Shown: piece by piece, positions 49,928-62,315 of the stretch
Position numbering within the stretch: the first letter of the stretch is position 1
Layout of the letters: each line of letters starts with the position of its first letter
The notes under the pieces: generated by a model
Told to the model about the DNA's origin: nothing
What the model saw: only the letters and a program-made list of their open reading frames with translations
The model's database searches: none
Made by a program: the position numbers and the translations under genes
Source of the DNA: Podarcis bocagei
Lineage: Eukaryota
Length of the DNA stretch: 64,000 nucleotides
Assembly: GCA_964188305.1 (NCBI GenBank)
Contig: OZ076889.1
Direction: 5' to 3' (one strand)

Positions 49928-50540
49928 CCACCCTTCATCCAAGGATCACAGGGCGGTTTACAATATAAAACTACAAAAATACATACTATAGTAACAAACA
50001 AAAACCACCCACACAAACAGTTTAAAAGGTCATAGATTGTCTAATTAGCCAAATGCCTGGGAGAAAAGGAATGAAGAAGGGCCTCAGATGATGATTACAG
50101 GGTTCAGGTTGGTTGATATGAGGAGAGGTGGTCCTCAAGGTACAATACAAAATAATACATGAGTGTAGCAGAAATTAAAATTTACAAAACCAAGTCCTGG
50201 GGATAATTCCATAAAATCCCAACACTTAAAAATGTTTGTGAAAACAAAAAGGTTTTGAGCTGATGCAAAAAGGATAACTCCATGGGCACTGACCCTTGAT
50301 GTGGGACATCAAAAGGGGACTTTTGTTCACATCTTAACAACTAGGCGAGACAGTACTGGGAGTGGTGCTCCTTCAGGAGTCCTGAGTCATGCAGGACTTA
50401 ATAGGTCAGTGATAGTACACTGAATTGATCTCAGAAATGTATTGGAAACCTGTGTAAATCCCATAGAATTAGAATGATTCCAGGTGGTTGACCCACTAAC
50501 CAAATGGGCTGCTGCATTTTCCTCTAACTGCAACTTCTGA
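49878..50540 (-). mobile_element. L2-like 3' fragments with microsatellite tail ((ATT)n on + at 49878-49923)
   Basis: Repeat followed by atataccacccttcatccaaggatcacagggcggtttacaat and further decayed L2-like sequence; right boundary approximate. Confidence 0.6.
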
Positions 50541-51409
50541 ACCATCTGCAAGAGTAGTCCCTCCTGCAGCTGCTCTTTTATTCTTTTGCTCTCTCTGCCT
50601 ATGTCTTAATGAATGTGAAGTGCAGTGTGTCACCTACAAATACTGTCTTAATTTTCTGAGCTTCTGGTGGACAAAGGAGAAGGATGGGATTTTGCTCTAT
50701 ATTGTGCCTGTAAAGTTTACTTTGGCTCTGGCCTCCACGGCAAGAGGAAAATGCGGGGGGGGGGGGGAGGAATTGCTGCAGATTTTACTTCCTATTGATA
50801 CTTTGAGAATTGCAGAGGAACAGAGATGAGGTTTAACTTGTAAGAAGAACAGATCCTGTCTCTTGATTAGGGGCTGGTGTAAGTCTACTTTGTGAGATTG
50901 TGCATCATTGCAAAGTCATTAAACTCAAGAAGGCTAGATGCACAAAAGCTTACTTTCCAGACCCTCTTTGCTCCCTACCTATCACTAGGCAAAATATTCT
51001 TTGATAAGGAATGGTTTTTAATTGCCCAGCTATTAAATACAGGATTTCTTGGTGCCTTTCTTATAGATGCATGGTTGTGAGTGCTTAAGACTTGTACGCT
51101 GCCTCAGTCACTTAGAACATGAGTGTGGGCTGTTGAGAGTTACAGAAAGTGGTCCCAGGGCCCAGTGAACAATGCTGGCATATGTTCAGGATCTCTGTAT
51201 CTGTACTGTAGTGTGCACTGTCTGAATGGAATGCAGGGCGCAGACTCCAAGGGCTTTGTACTTTATTGCCTAGGCCCCTTCCAGCCTCAGTCCATACAGC
51301 AGTATCTTCACCCTTTTTGGCCTGGTATTATATGTAGAAGCCATCTGGCTGGTCGCTGTCTCATCAGAGCATGCACACATACATTGTGCCATTGCGTGGG
51401 CACTGCATG

Positions 51410-51454
51410 CCATGTTTCCTCACTCATGTTCCATCCATCGCGCCACATTGCCAT
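51410..51454 (+). promoter_or_regulatory. NOVA-type YCAY cluster upstream of the wedge exon acceptor
   Basis: Seven YCAY tetramers in 45 nt, adjacent to TGCATG at 51404. Confidence 0.5.
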
Positions 51455-51545
51455 TTGGTCTGCTGTGCGCATGTGCGGGAACATTCTTCAACCGTACAAT
51501 AACTTCTTACCCTGCTACCTCCCCTCCTTATGTTTGATCTGGTAG

Positions 51546-51643
51546 GCATGCGTGATCATCCTCCCATTCCAGTGACGGACCTTGCAGACAACATCGACCG
51601 ACTGAAGGCCAATGATGGGCTGAAGTTTTCCCAGGAATATGAG
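51546..51643 (+). CDS. PTPRF: Exon encoding wedge region ([33 protein letters not shown])
   Basis: tggtag|GCATG ... TATGAG|gtgagt; 98 nt, phase 1-0. Confidence 0.96.
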
Positions 51644-51688
51644 GTGAGTCTGCTTGGGTGTTTATCTTGGATCTGTGTTCTTCCAGGC

Positions 51689-51815
51689 TCAGGGGTCAAC
51701 AACCTGGTGCCCTCCGGATTTCTGGACTGCAACTCCAATGAGCCCCAGCCAGAGAGTTAACGAGAGTTGTGATCTAGAATGTCTCGATAGCACCGGAATG
51801 GTTGCTTTTGACCTG
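51689..51815. mobile_element. Degraded hAT-like MITE just 3' of the wedge exon
   Basis: caggggtcaacaacctggtgccctcc...ggactgcaactcc...gagttgtgatct...ttgacctg. Confidence 0.5.
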
Positions 51816-54665
51816 GACAATAGTTTTGTCTGCCGCTCCTCAGCCCAACCTAACATTGCAGAACTTACAAAAGAATTCTGCCCATAGCTGCCCTATATGC
51901 TGGAAAAAAGTGTAAAATGTAATGTGTGAACGGTCAAGTGCAGACCTGTTTTGCTTCCAGTAGAGAAATATAGATATAGATTCTCACATTATGTTTTGTA
52001 CACTTTCTGTTAGTTATTAATTATATTGGAAAAGGTTACAGTTTCAGTAGCCTCGGAGTGCTGTTTATGCTGTGATGGAGGCCAAAATAGTGGTATTGAG
52101 AGGCCAGGAATTATGGTGGCTTTTGCAGGCAAACTCCTTCTCTCCACGATGAACCATTTACTAGGCAGATGATTAATTTGAAAAATTGCTATGTTGGAAA
52201 AAGTTCCCTTGTAGCTATTAGAGTCACAGTAGCAGGATAAATGTTTTCCTGTGCTTGCAGCATGCCCTGTAGGGCCCACTTCAGCTGTGAGGGGCTTAAA
52301 TCATAAATAAAACTCTTCTCATATGTGTAGAGGGGGAGGATAAATTGAGGAAGTGTCCTTTTCATGCATTATTGGTCCTGCTTGAATTGTTATCTTCTTT
52401 TGCCCCTGACCTCCCCTTGCAGCAGCATATCTCCCTTGATTCAGGGGATGTGATACAAGCATTGCCCAGAAGGCAAGATTATAGAGGCCAGGGAGAAGCA
52501 CTGGCTAGCTAAAGGCTAGCATGTGAAAGAGGCACCAAAGCCTAGCAAGGTTTGGAAAGACTGTTAACCACACACTGCTGATCCACAGCATTTAGCAGGG
52601 AAGGACACAAAAAAGGAGTATGTTTCCCAGGAACTCCCAGCTGGGTGAATGCTTATGAGCCTGTTAGGCTGCCAGGACCCAAAATCCCACATGCAAGCCC
52701 ATTTCTAATTGGGCTCTTGTTTTCATAGATCATTGTGACAGGATCCATTTTTTTCTGGAGTGTGGTACAAAAGAGGACCATGGGCAACAGTAGCTACAAT
52801 AGTATCAGGGCTGGTGGGGGCTGCTGAGTGTTCTCACTCTTATAGGGGGCTTCAATCACACTTTAAAGAACACACTATCTCTTAAAAGTGGTCATTAGAT
52901 ACAATTCTGACTTGCAACCTTCCAATCCCTCTCTCTCAAATTCCAGTTTCAAGTAAACATCAGCTGCATTTACCATGATTAAGTAGCTATTAAGGAAGGA
53001 ACTAATTTTGGTATATGGATTTTTCTTGGGTATTCTGCTGCCTTGTACCCCTGTCTGAACCATTCATCTTTGTTAAGTCCAGGGCAGGCTGAGTAACAGG
53101 AGAGGATTTTCCCACTAGCGCAGGGAGAAGGCATACTGAAGCAATACTCACTCAGAAAGTTGGAAAATAAAGAAATAACCCTTTATTGCTTTTTGTCCTT
53201 GTCACTACTGGAGAAAATTTGAACTTTCAGGCCTAGCAAGCACTTTGATACCCCAGGCACTCTGTTAGGGCCATGGCTGTGTGGTGTGGAAGAAGAAATC
53301 TAGAATAGTAGGTAGATGATTCAGGAGCAGTCTTGTGTATCTAAGCTGAGTAGTGGAAGAGCAATATAGTGCTGAGATGTGGGGATATACTGAGACATTG
53401 AGAAGGCATTCTGCATCACAACACAGATCACAGTTTTTCCTCTCAGCCTAATCCTGTGAGTTCAAGAACCCAGCTAATTGAACTGGGTTTGCAGCTGGCT
53501 GAAGCAGCAAGAAGGAAAGGGGAAGCAGTTTGGATCAGCCCTTGAGGCTATTTGTGTGCTCATTAATTTGGGTAGAATTGCATGTTACGTTTCTCACACA
53601 AACCTAGCCGCAAAACCGCTGCATAAAGGACGTGCTCAAAGCCATAGGTAATTCAGAGGTCTGCATACTTAATACTTCAGCCACAGGGATGGAACAGCAT
53701 TAGGAGTACTTGCTCAGGGCAAAACCTAGCTCATAAGCAAAATAAGAAACACTACAGTTCCTAGCCTCAACTTCAGGACCTCAGGGGTAGTAGAAGAGAA
53801 AGTGTGGTCAAGCACTGTGCCAGCAGCCTGCAGAGGGTGTAGCTGCGCTAGAATTGGGAGTGGAAAAAGGATTTGCCCAGCAAAACAGCTGCCTGGTGCT
53901 GCCAGTGCTGGTTATGAGCTCTTGTGGATCTCAAGTCAGTGTGTCATTCTCCATGTGACTTGCACAGACCGTAAGGAGTAGAAGTGGCTTAGCTCATTGT
54001 TGCTCTTGATAGGTCTGGATGTCAAACCACAGAGAGAGCATCTTTAGCTCCTACAGCACACTGAACCTTGGAGAGAATTTACAGCCAGGGATTAATAGAA
54101 TTAAATAAGCACAATCACGCCAGCATGTTAATTATTTATCTACACTCTTGCTGTGCTAGAGCAATGCTTGTATTTGAGCTCCTCCTGTTGGACTGTTGCC
54201 TGTACTGCAGACAGGCTGTGCCCACAAGATACTCAAAGCAGGTGGTCTGCCAGACTGTGGATAAATATTAGGCAATTTTGAGGTGGGGCCAGTCTTCCTC
54301 CTCGGCTCAGTGAGTGAGCAAGTGAGATTCCTTCTGTCACTGACTAGCAAGCTGGAGTGCTTCCTACCCCCCCCCCCCCGCACAGTCGCATGCAAATAGG
54401 AAGCAGATGCTGTGTGTTGTGCAGTAAGTGAATTAGCTAGAGCTCTTTTCCTTGTATCTGTCAATGAGGTGAGAAGACTAGTGCTGCTGCTGCTGCTGTT
54501 GCTGCTCATGATCCTTTCTAGGCTTCCACGTTGCCCCTTCTCTTGGGTTCAAAATATATTCAGGTCTTTGAAACAATTGCAGCATCATGCTCTGACAGAT
54601 ACATTCGCTGGAATGTTATACGGTGGTGAGGAACATGTTTTAGCTTTATTGACCTGCCATGTAAT

Positions 54666-55925
54666 GTGTTGGCATGCATCTGTCTTGGGAGACAATGGAG
54701 GAGTGCACTTTTAAGAGTGAAGTCAAACCATAGGACAGTTATAGCACCTGCTGTGGCTGTAGAGACCGATACGGGAGAGAGATGTTGCAGCTGGGGCAGA
54801 TGAAGAAGTCCAGCAGTCATTCCTTCCTGGTCACTGCTGTGGATAGACGACCTGACTGCCTCCAAGCACTGCGGTCATCTGCAAGGGATTCCCACACGGT
54901 GGGGTTTATGTTGTCAGCCTCCATGTCTTGTTTGCAGACATCTTGGTCTGCTAACAGGCCTGGTGCCTGAAGCCAGCTCCCCATAGAGGATGTCCTTGGG
55001 GACCCTGCTGTCTTCCATTCTGTGGACACGACCAAGTTAATGTAGACGTGTCTGAGACAGAAGTCTAGTTCCTTGTAGAACTGGTCCCTGGTCTGTATGT
55101 CAGGGCACATAGTGGGAGTGTAGATGCTCAAGATATTAACCAGACAGGAAGTGGTTGAAAAGCAGAGGGAAAGCAAGCATTCTGAGCCCTCTGTCAGCTG
55201 TTCTATTGTAGGCAGATGGGAGTTCCTCATTGCAAAGCCTATGCCACAAATACGTGGTTCTTCTGGGTTCCCTGCTTGCCAGAAGAAGGTGTAAGTTCTT
55301 CTCTCTGAGGCAGCCATTTGAAGCGAGTTTGGTCTCCTGTAGAGTGGCAACGGCAATGTTGAGCATTTTCAGCTCACAGTCAATGTTGGCTGTCTTTCAG
55401 GAGTTATTGACCTGCAGCAGGTCGGTGGACAAGCCAGGACACATAGTCCTGATGTTCCAGCTTGCTAGGTGCGAGAGGGTTTATTTCTTTTTTGCCTGGT
55501 GCAGTTGTTTGGTCTGCTTGTTGAGTGACACCCAGCGAGACAAAATGATCTCTCCCACCAACCAAGGCAACTCATAGAGCTTATAACTTACACTTGCGCC
55601 AATCAGGTTGAGCTTACAACTCGTAACTGCTGTCTCCGTGTTGTTTTTGCTGCATTTGCACCATAAAAGTGATTTCACTGAAGTGCAAGCCTGGGCAATG
55701 TTTATGGGGGTCCTGGGCTGCCCAGATGCCAAGACCTCCCTCTTGGCCTCACTGTTGTGGTCCAAAGGAAAGCAGAGCAATACATTTGGCACCAGCTTGG
55801 CTGTGGGAGTTGTCGAAAAGAGGCCATTCAACTGGAAAGATGCCATCCAACCATCTTAGGGGCTCCACTCCAAAGTTGTGTAGGTTTTACTACCTAGGCT
55901 GGTCATGCTAAGAGAATATCTCATG
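54666..55925 (-). mobile_element. RTE-clade LINE with putative 5' UTR, APE endonuclease N-part and C-terminus, but lacking the RT domain
   Basis: Minus strand: MLNIAVATLQETKL, YTFFWQ, GIGFAMRN, SIYTPT, DQFYKELD, then directly LLSQTRLH*LGRVHRMEDSRVPKDILYGELASGTR, DVCKQDM, WESLADDRSAWRQ and a decayed FICPSCN...IGLYSHSR zinc finger. Confidence 0.85.
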
Positions 55926-58325
55926 GAAGCAGGCAGAAAGAACCTCCAGTGAAGACCATGGATGGTTGGCCTACTCCCAACATTTCCAGGCATTTCATTC
56001 TCTGATCAGTTAATGGAGACCAGGTATACTTTTGCCATCTACAAAAGCAGTATCTACACTGAATTATTGGACTGTTGTGAAGAGCTGTTAACCTATCCCT
56101 GCCTCACTTTAATCATGTCAGCATAGTTAGTAGGTGGTGGCTGCAATGCTCCAAATAGATCAAAGAGGGCAAAACTACAGGCCATGGAGCAAGTCCCTCT
56201 GTATATGTGTTGTTGTAAAAAGAGGGTGTCCTGTTTCACTCTGAATCATTTCCTTAGAGACTCCTAATGGTTGTAGATTTTGTCTCTTGCTTCAACTAAT
56301 AAGTGTCCTAACATCTCCATTGCAGAACCAGAAATATCACCCAGCATTTTTGGCACTCACCATTTCCTTCCCCTAATTCTATCCTGCTGGATAGATTTAC
56401 GACTCCCAGACTGCCATGCACCCTTCCTTATTTGGGAAGCCACAAAGAAGTCAGTTACTGAAGAAGCCCTGCAGATTCTGCTTAGCAACCACCTGCTAAG
56501 GCAATATGTTCATTGTTGCCCCTTGAAATGATAATGAAAGACTAGCAAATGCTTCCAAGCATCTGAGCTGCATCTTTTCCAGCTCTTCCTTTCCAACCAT
56601 CTGCCATAGCATTAGAACCTATCAGACACTCTAGCAAGGTGCAGATATTTAGTTGTATGATGATGGTTACAGCTAGAAAAGAGCAGTGTGGCTTGTTCCT
56701 CACTGTATCTCCTTTCCCCTCTCCAAGTATCCTGCCATGCCTCCCAGTTCCAAAATCCTCCTTGGCCATCTGACCATAGAACAAAGACCCCACTGGGGTT
56801 TGCTAAGAGACTGCCTGTCACTTTAAGAGCTCAAGGCAAGTATGACCGCAAGTGTGCAGTAGCAACACCTCCTGTCCTGCTAATTAATTTGCTCACCCTT
56901 CTCTCTTGTCTCCTGTAGCAAGCAGGGTGCAAGTAAGGGAAGAGATCATTGGAGCAGGAGGTACTGCATACTCAGTCACTGCCATCAAGCTCCTGTGGCA
57001 GCAAGGGATTTCTGGAAGGTGAGCTCCTCAGTTATCCCCAGTTGCTTTCCTTCCAGACATTCATTGGGCCCATCAAAACAACATGCAAGTTCCCACAGCC
57101 ATATCTGCTTACTGTGCTGCAATATGCCCTAGAAGTTGGAAGTTTTCAGTGACAGACGTGACTGCAATTTGACAAATTGCCAGTGATTGGTTCAGAAGCC
57201 ATTCTTTTCCCATTTAAGAAGTTTTTTTGACTTTGTATTGGTCAATGGCTGTGTTAACACGGGTGCTGCCATCATTAATACACTGGTAGTACATTAATGC
57301 ACTAGCTTGCTATGGTTATTTTTAGTGCACTGCCTGGAGTTCAGGGTTTAGGAATCATAACCTCTTGATGGGCACAGCAAACATGCTGGAACCAAACCAT
57401 GTAGCTAGCAAGGTTTGCATCATCCCAGCCTGCTAAAAAAGTAGAGACATTGCCAACTTCTTCTCTAGCTGTGCTCCTGCACCTTTAACAAAAGGAATAT
57501 TATCCTTTCAGTCATTGGACCTGCCAAGAAAAGCTTCACCTGCTGAATTTCTGCTGGCCATACAGGAAATCTTCCAGGGAAAAAGTTGACAACTCTTTAT
57601 TCAAATTGGTGTCTGTCCCTCCCTTCCTGAAAAATCCCACCCCATACATACACGCTGCCGTTGCTGTCTTAGACTGGGTAATGTGAGGTTCTTGTGGGGC
57701 CCAAATTGCAAGAGTGAATGTGCACATCCCAGTACGGCAAAGCTGTTTTGCTCGTGGACAGAGAGGAGTTAGCTAACAGTGGGATGAGCCTTTTACTTGG
57801 TGTTGCCCATCTGAAAAAACTGCTTGATGGGTTTCAGCTGCATTTGGGGCACCTCTCTTTCCCTGCCTTATTTACTCATTTGCCCGCCATTAAGGGGGAA
57901 ACAGGTGCACATTAATTCATCAGCAGAGTTTAAATTAAATCATTTCACTTCTAAACAAGTCACTCATTTGCAGGCGTATTTAATTAGCACTTCTTCACTG
58001 CCAGGTGGATGCTGCTTTTCTCACCTGTTTGCCCTCTTATGGGGTCGTTGGTGATAGAACATGGGAGATTTTTCACCTCCGCATTGCAGAGCAAGACAAT
58101 TGCTGTAGTGGTACTGCTGATGCTACACTCTGGGGGATCGGGTGAAGCTATGCCATCCTCGCCTTTATCTTCCATGTCATTGCAGCCGTCTCAGTGTGAC
58201 TCTGACTGAGCAGAGGTGTGTTTTGTGCTTCAGACTCTACCCTTAGGGCAAGGCCTCCAGGAGGGTTCTGAAGGAGGCTTTTCTGCACAGAGGTTCTACA
58301 CAGTCTAAAGTGATGTGGCCCACTT

Positions 58326-58385
58326 TATATCCCAGTATAGGACCACATATGACCACATATATCCCAGTATAGGACCACATATGAC
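58326..58385. repeat. 28-bp direct duplication (tatatcccagtataggaccacatatgac), period 32
   Basis: Direct reading; also contains (gaccacatat)x2. Confidence 0.85.
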
Positions 58386-58439
58386 ACACAAGCAATATAA
58401 ATAAGTAACTCTGTTAAAAAGAGCACCAAAAACACTCAA

Positions 58440-58680
58440 AACAATTTAAAAGCACACACAAAAAGAAAAATGTGTAGAACCCCCACCTTCAGAATACACT
58501 GCCACAGCAGCCAGTAAATGACCAAAGGCCTGTCTAGACAAAAAAGTATTTCCCTACCAGCTAAAGGAAAGCTGGGTGGGGGGCAGCCTAACCTACTGTG
58601 GAAGAGATTTCCACAATCTTGGAACAACCACTGAGAAGGCCCTCTCTTGTGTCCTCACCAAATCCGCCTGTGAAAGTGCA
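58440..58680 (-). mobile_element. Degraded L2-like 3' fragment
   Basis: ggaagagatttccacaatcttggaacaaccactgagaaggccctctc (minus strand RAFSVVVPRLWKSLP). Confidence 0.6.
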
Positions 58681-58720
58681 CTGCTGCCCATTCATCACTT
58701 TGGATCTTACCAGTGCAATG

Positions 58721-58765
<45 letters not shown>
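58721..58765. repeat. Compound (GT)10(GA)12 microsatellite
   Basis: Direct reading. Confidence 0.95.
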
Positions 58766-60639
58766 TAGACATCTTCCTACTTGTTTGCTGAGGATATTAC
58801 CATATTTATTGAAATGTAGCCTGAAATATAATATTAGGCTTGGGATGGGCTATATTTGCTATGCTTGTCTTGAGCTGTAAAAAAATCCTGCCAAGACGCA
58901 AAATGCTTCCCTACCATTGATTTATTGCAGAGAGGATAGTTTACAAAAAACACAAATGGAATTCCTCTCTGCTAGGGGAAAACAAAAGACATCTGGGTGC
59001 CAAATGGACAGGTCCAGGTAGCTATGGACCAGAAACCTGGCTTGTTTCTGTTATGTGTGACATGTGCTTAGTGTGACTTGAGCCCTAGCCTTGAGCTGCA
59101 GAGAGCTGGGCTGTGTCTACTCCTGCCACTTTGCACTGCACTGCCTGCTTATTACTCTGATAATAGAAGATTATAGGGTTCCTGTTGGAAACGTCTATTT
59201 ACATCCTGCATTTCCCAAACCACCTATTAGCAGTGCTGTGATGTCATATCCTCCCTGCTGAGACAGTGGAAATCTCTTTTGTGTGCTGCATTGCTCTTCT
59301 TTGAAAGGAATACCCATTGCCACTGAACCTAACATGGGATGCTGTTTTCCTGAAAGGCCTGTGCAGTTTCTTGGACTTAAACCTGTCATTCCTCCAAGTG
59401 AACCAGCCTGTGCGCGTTTTTGTTTATGACTGCCTCAGTCTGTTGCTCCTGTAAATGCAGTGGGAGAAAAGCCCTTAAACAAGGAAACTTCCCAGCAGTG
59501 GTTGGGAGGAGTCAGACTGGGGGAAGTGCCAACACTACCTATACTGAGCTTCTTTGACTTTGTTGCTCATGTGCCTTCTACTATTCTATAAAGTGCTTGC
59601 TCTGGTTTTGCTCAGACAGTTTTGTCTGCCATGCTGTGCCTGTGGGAAACTGAAAAAGCAGTTCTCTGTCCATTGCAGTCTGCATCATGTAGGACTGTTA
59701 CCTAAATTGCCATGTCAGGCATGAAACAGATCGCATGCCAAGTGTTAACTGGATATCACAATCGGGTGTTTTAAGTTTTGCAGGAGAGCAGGCAGTAGTT
59801 GCTGACCTAGTCCTGCCAACTACACTGAGAATTGTGGCAAAAACATTGATCAAAGCAGACCAGTGCATTGGATACATATGCTTGGATGGGCACAGATTCT
59901 CCAGCATTTGCTCCATGAACCCATGTTGAAGATGCAGGTGTGAGTTCTCAGCCACTCAAAAATGAAGGAACTTGTACATAGAATTATAGAGTATGATCCA
60001 GCTGAGAGAGATTTCTCTGGCTGAGCCCACATAAGAGGAACCAACTGCTAAAGTTCCTATTTAAATTCCACCTGAGTGCTTCTCCACAACCTGTTTCCCG
60101 TAGAAGGCAGGAAAGGAACATTTACTCTGCAGTCCTGTACTTCTGTAGGACGATGTAGGGTTGAATGGTGTTTTTCCTTCCTTTCATTGCTCTTTAGTTT
60201 TCTGGCAGTTGCACATTTGACTTACTGTAAAAAAAACCCCTCCCTTATTACTAGTAGCTCTGGTTAGCCTGACACAGTAGATATCACTGTGGCAGAAGGG
60301 GAGAGAGGACTTAAGCATTCAGGGATTTGGGTCTGGTTTAAAGGCCAAATTTATATGGTGATCTGCAAAAGGGTCTAGGTACCAGGTGGTTGTATCTTTG
60401 CTGCAGAGTACTGTTGGAAGGAATTTGCAGGATTGAAACAACAATTGGAATAAATTATTAACTCTTAATCCACCCACAGAGCACGTTCCAAGATGCTTTA
60501 TTCCCAGATGATTATTTGCCACATCAAGTGGTGGGAAAGCAGCTGGAGAGGTTGCAAGGAAAAGGTTGATTATATACACACCATTTCCTCCCTACATATC
60601 ATGCCTCACTGGTGTGCAGAGGAGAAAGAGAGACTTGCA

Positions 60640-60905
60640 TTAGAATCATAGAGTTGGAAGAGATCTTTGAGATCATCTCATCTAGCCTGCTGAATGCACA
60701 ATTTATAATGCATGATTAAACTACAGCACTTCTGACAGACCTACTGAAATACCTCCAGCAAAGGAGAGCCCATCACCTTCCAAGGCTCTCTGTTCACTGT
60801 CAAAACAGTTCTTACCATTAGCAAGTTTCTCCTAATATTTGGTCAAAAAATGCTCCCTTGCAATTTTCATACAATGGTTCCAATCCTGCCATCTGGAGCA
60901 ACAGA
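60640..60905 (-). mobile_element. CR1-clade LINE 3' fragment
   Basis: tagaatcatagagttggaagagatc (reverse of the CR1 attctatg terminus) and aaatacctccagcaaaggagagcccatcaccttcc. Confidence 0.65.
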
Positions 60906-60938
60906 CTCATCCTAGATGCACAGACTCATCCTAGATGC
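60901..60938. repeat. Perfect 19-bp tandem duplication (acagactcatcctagatgc)x2
   Basis: Direct reading. Confidence 0.85.
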
Positions 60939-61518
60939 AAACAACACTGTTCATGCCTAAGAGAGAATATATCTACTATACATGTTTGCTTCTGTCCTCA
61001 AGCTTATTTTTAAAGATGTTTCAGTATTTTGCCCAATAATGCCTCTAAGACAGTTGGGAGTTTATTTTTTCACTGGGCACAGATTTGCAGAGATGCTGCA
61101 CATCAGAGGATTTGCTCATGAGACAACTTTCACCAACTCAAGATGAATCACTGTTTTTGACTTTTAGAGAATTCACACAGTGCAAAAAGTATTTAATTGC
61201 TGCATTGATTGTAAAGGGCCAATTCAATTTTTGGGGTTGACTTTCAAGATAGGCAAGGCTCCCCCCCCTTTTGGGGGGGGGGTCTGCCCAGACTGAATGT
61301 GCCGATGGCAAATCAATCTGAAAGCTGATTCACAAGATCTCGCATATGAAACTTTCTTTCCATACTGTTTCACATTCTAGGGTGGCTGGTGTTTATTTCA
61401 GAGTTGAAAGGCATACATGCACACATAGAAGTGTGAAAGCTTGTAATCGTGCCATGAATTGAGAGAGACAGAAAGAACTTGTGTTTTAGCACTCCTTTTC
61501 TCCTTTTCTTTGTTGCAG

Positions 61519-61642
61519 TCGATTGATCCCGGGCAGCAGTTCACCTGGGAGAACTCCAACCTGGAAGTGAACAAACCAAAGAACCGCTATGCAAACGTGA
61601 TTGCCTATGACCATTCACGTGTCATTCTGACCTCCATTGATG
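61519..61642 (+). CDS. PTPRF: PTP D1 exon with KNRY pTyr-recognition motif ([41 protein letters not shown])
   Basis: ttgcag|TCGATT ... GATG|gtaagg; 124 nt, phase 0-1; KNRY at 61579-61590. Confidence 0.97.
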
Positions 61643-62075
61643 GTAAGGGTTGTTAGCAGCACCTCATGCTAACAAAATTCTCAGTGCATCAGACCTGATG
61701 TTAATGTTAATCTTTTACCTTTTGTACAGCTGACTAGTTACATACACCCCTTTGTATCCTCCACCCAGGCATGTGTAAGGCGTTAACAGAGTTCAATGAC
61801 ATATTCCAGCCAGGCAAAAACACTCAAAGAGAGTGTGACGCAGGGTCAGTGAGGGGCATGCCTGCGGAGGGTGTATGGCAAGGACCAGATGGAGAGGTTT
61901 GGAGGGCTGTGTTTGGCCCCCAGTCCAGAGGTCCCCCACCCCCAGAGTACATCATAGGAAGCCTCTCCCCAACCACTTTCACATCTCTTAACAACTACTC
62001 CCTGTAGTACAGTCTGTTTCCACTACCAGCATGGTCCAGGATTCTGGCGACCCCCTTGTCTTCTCAACCCCCTGA

Positions 62076-62315
<240 letters not shown>

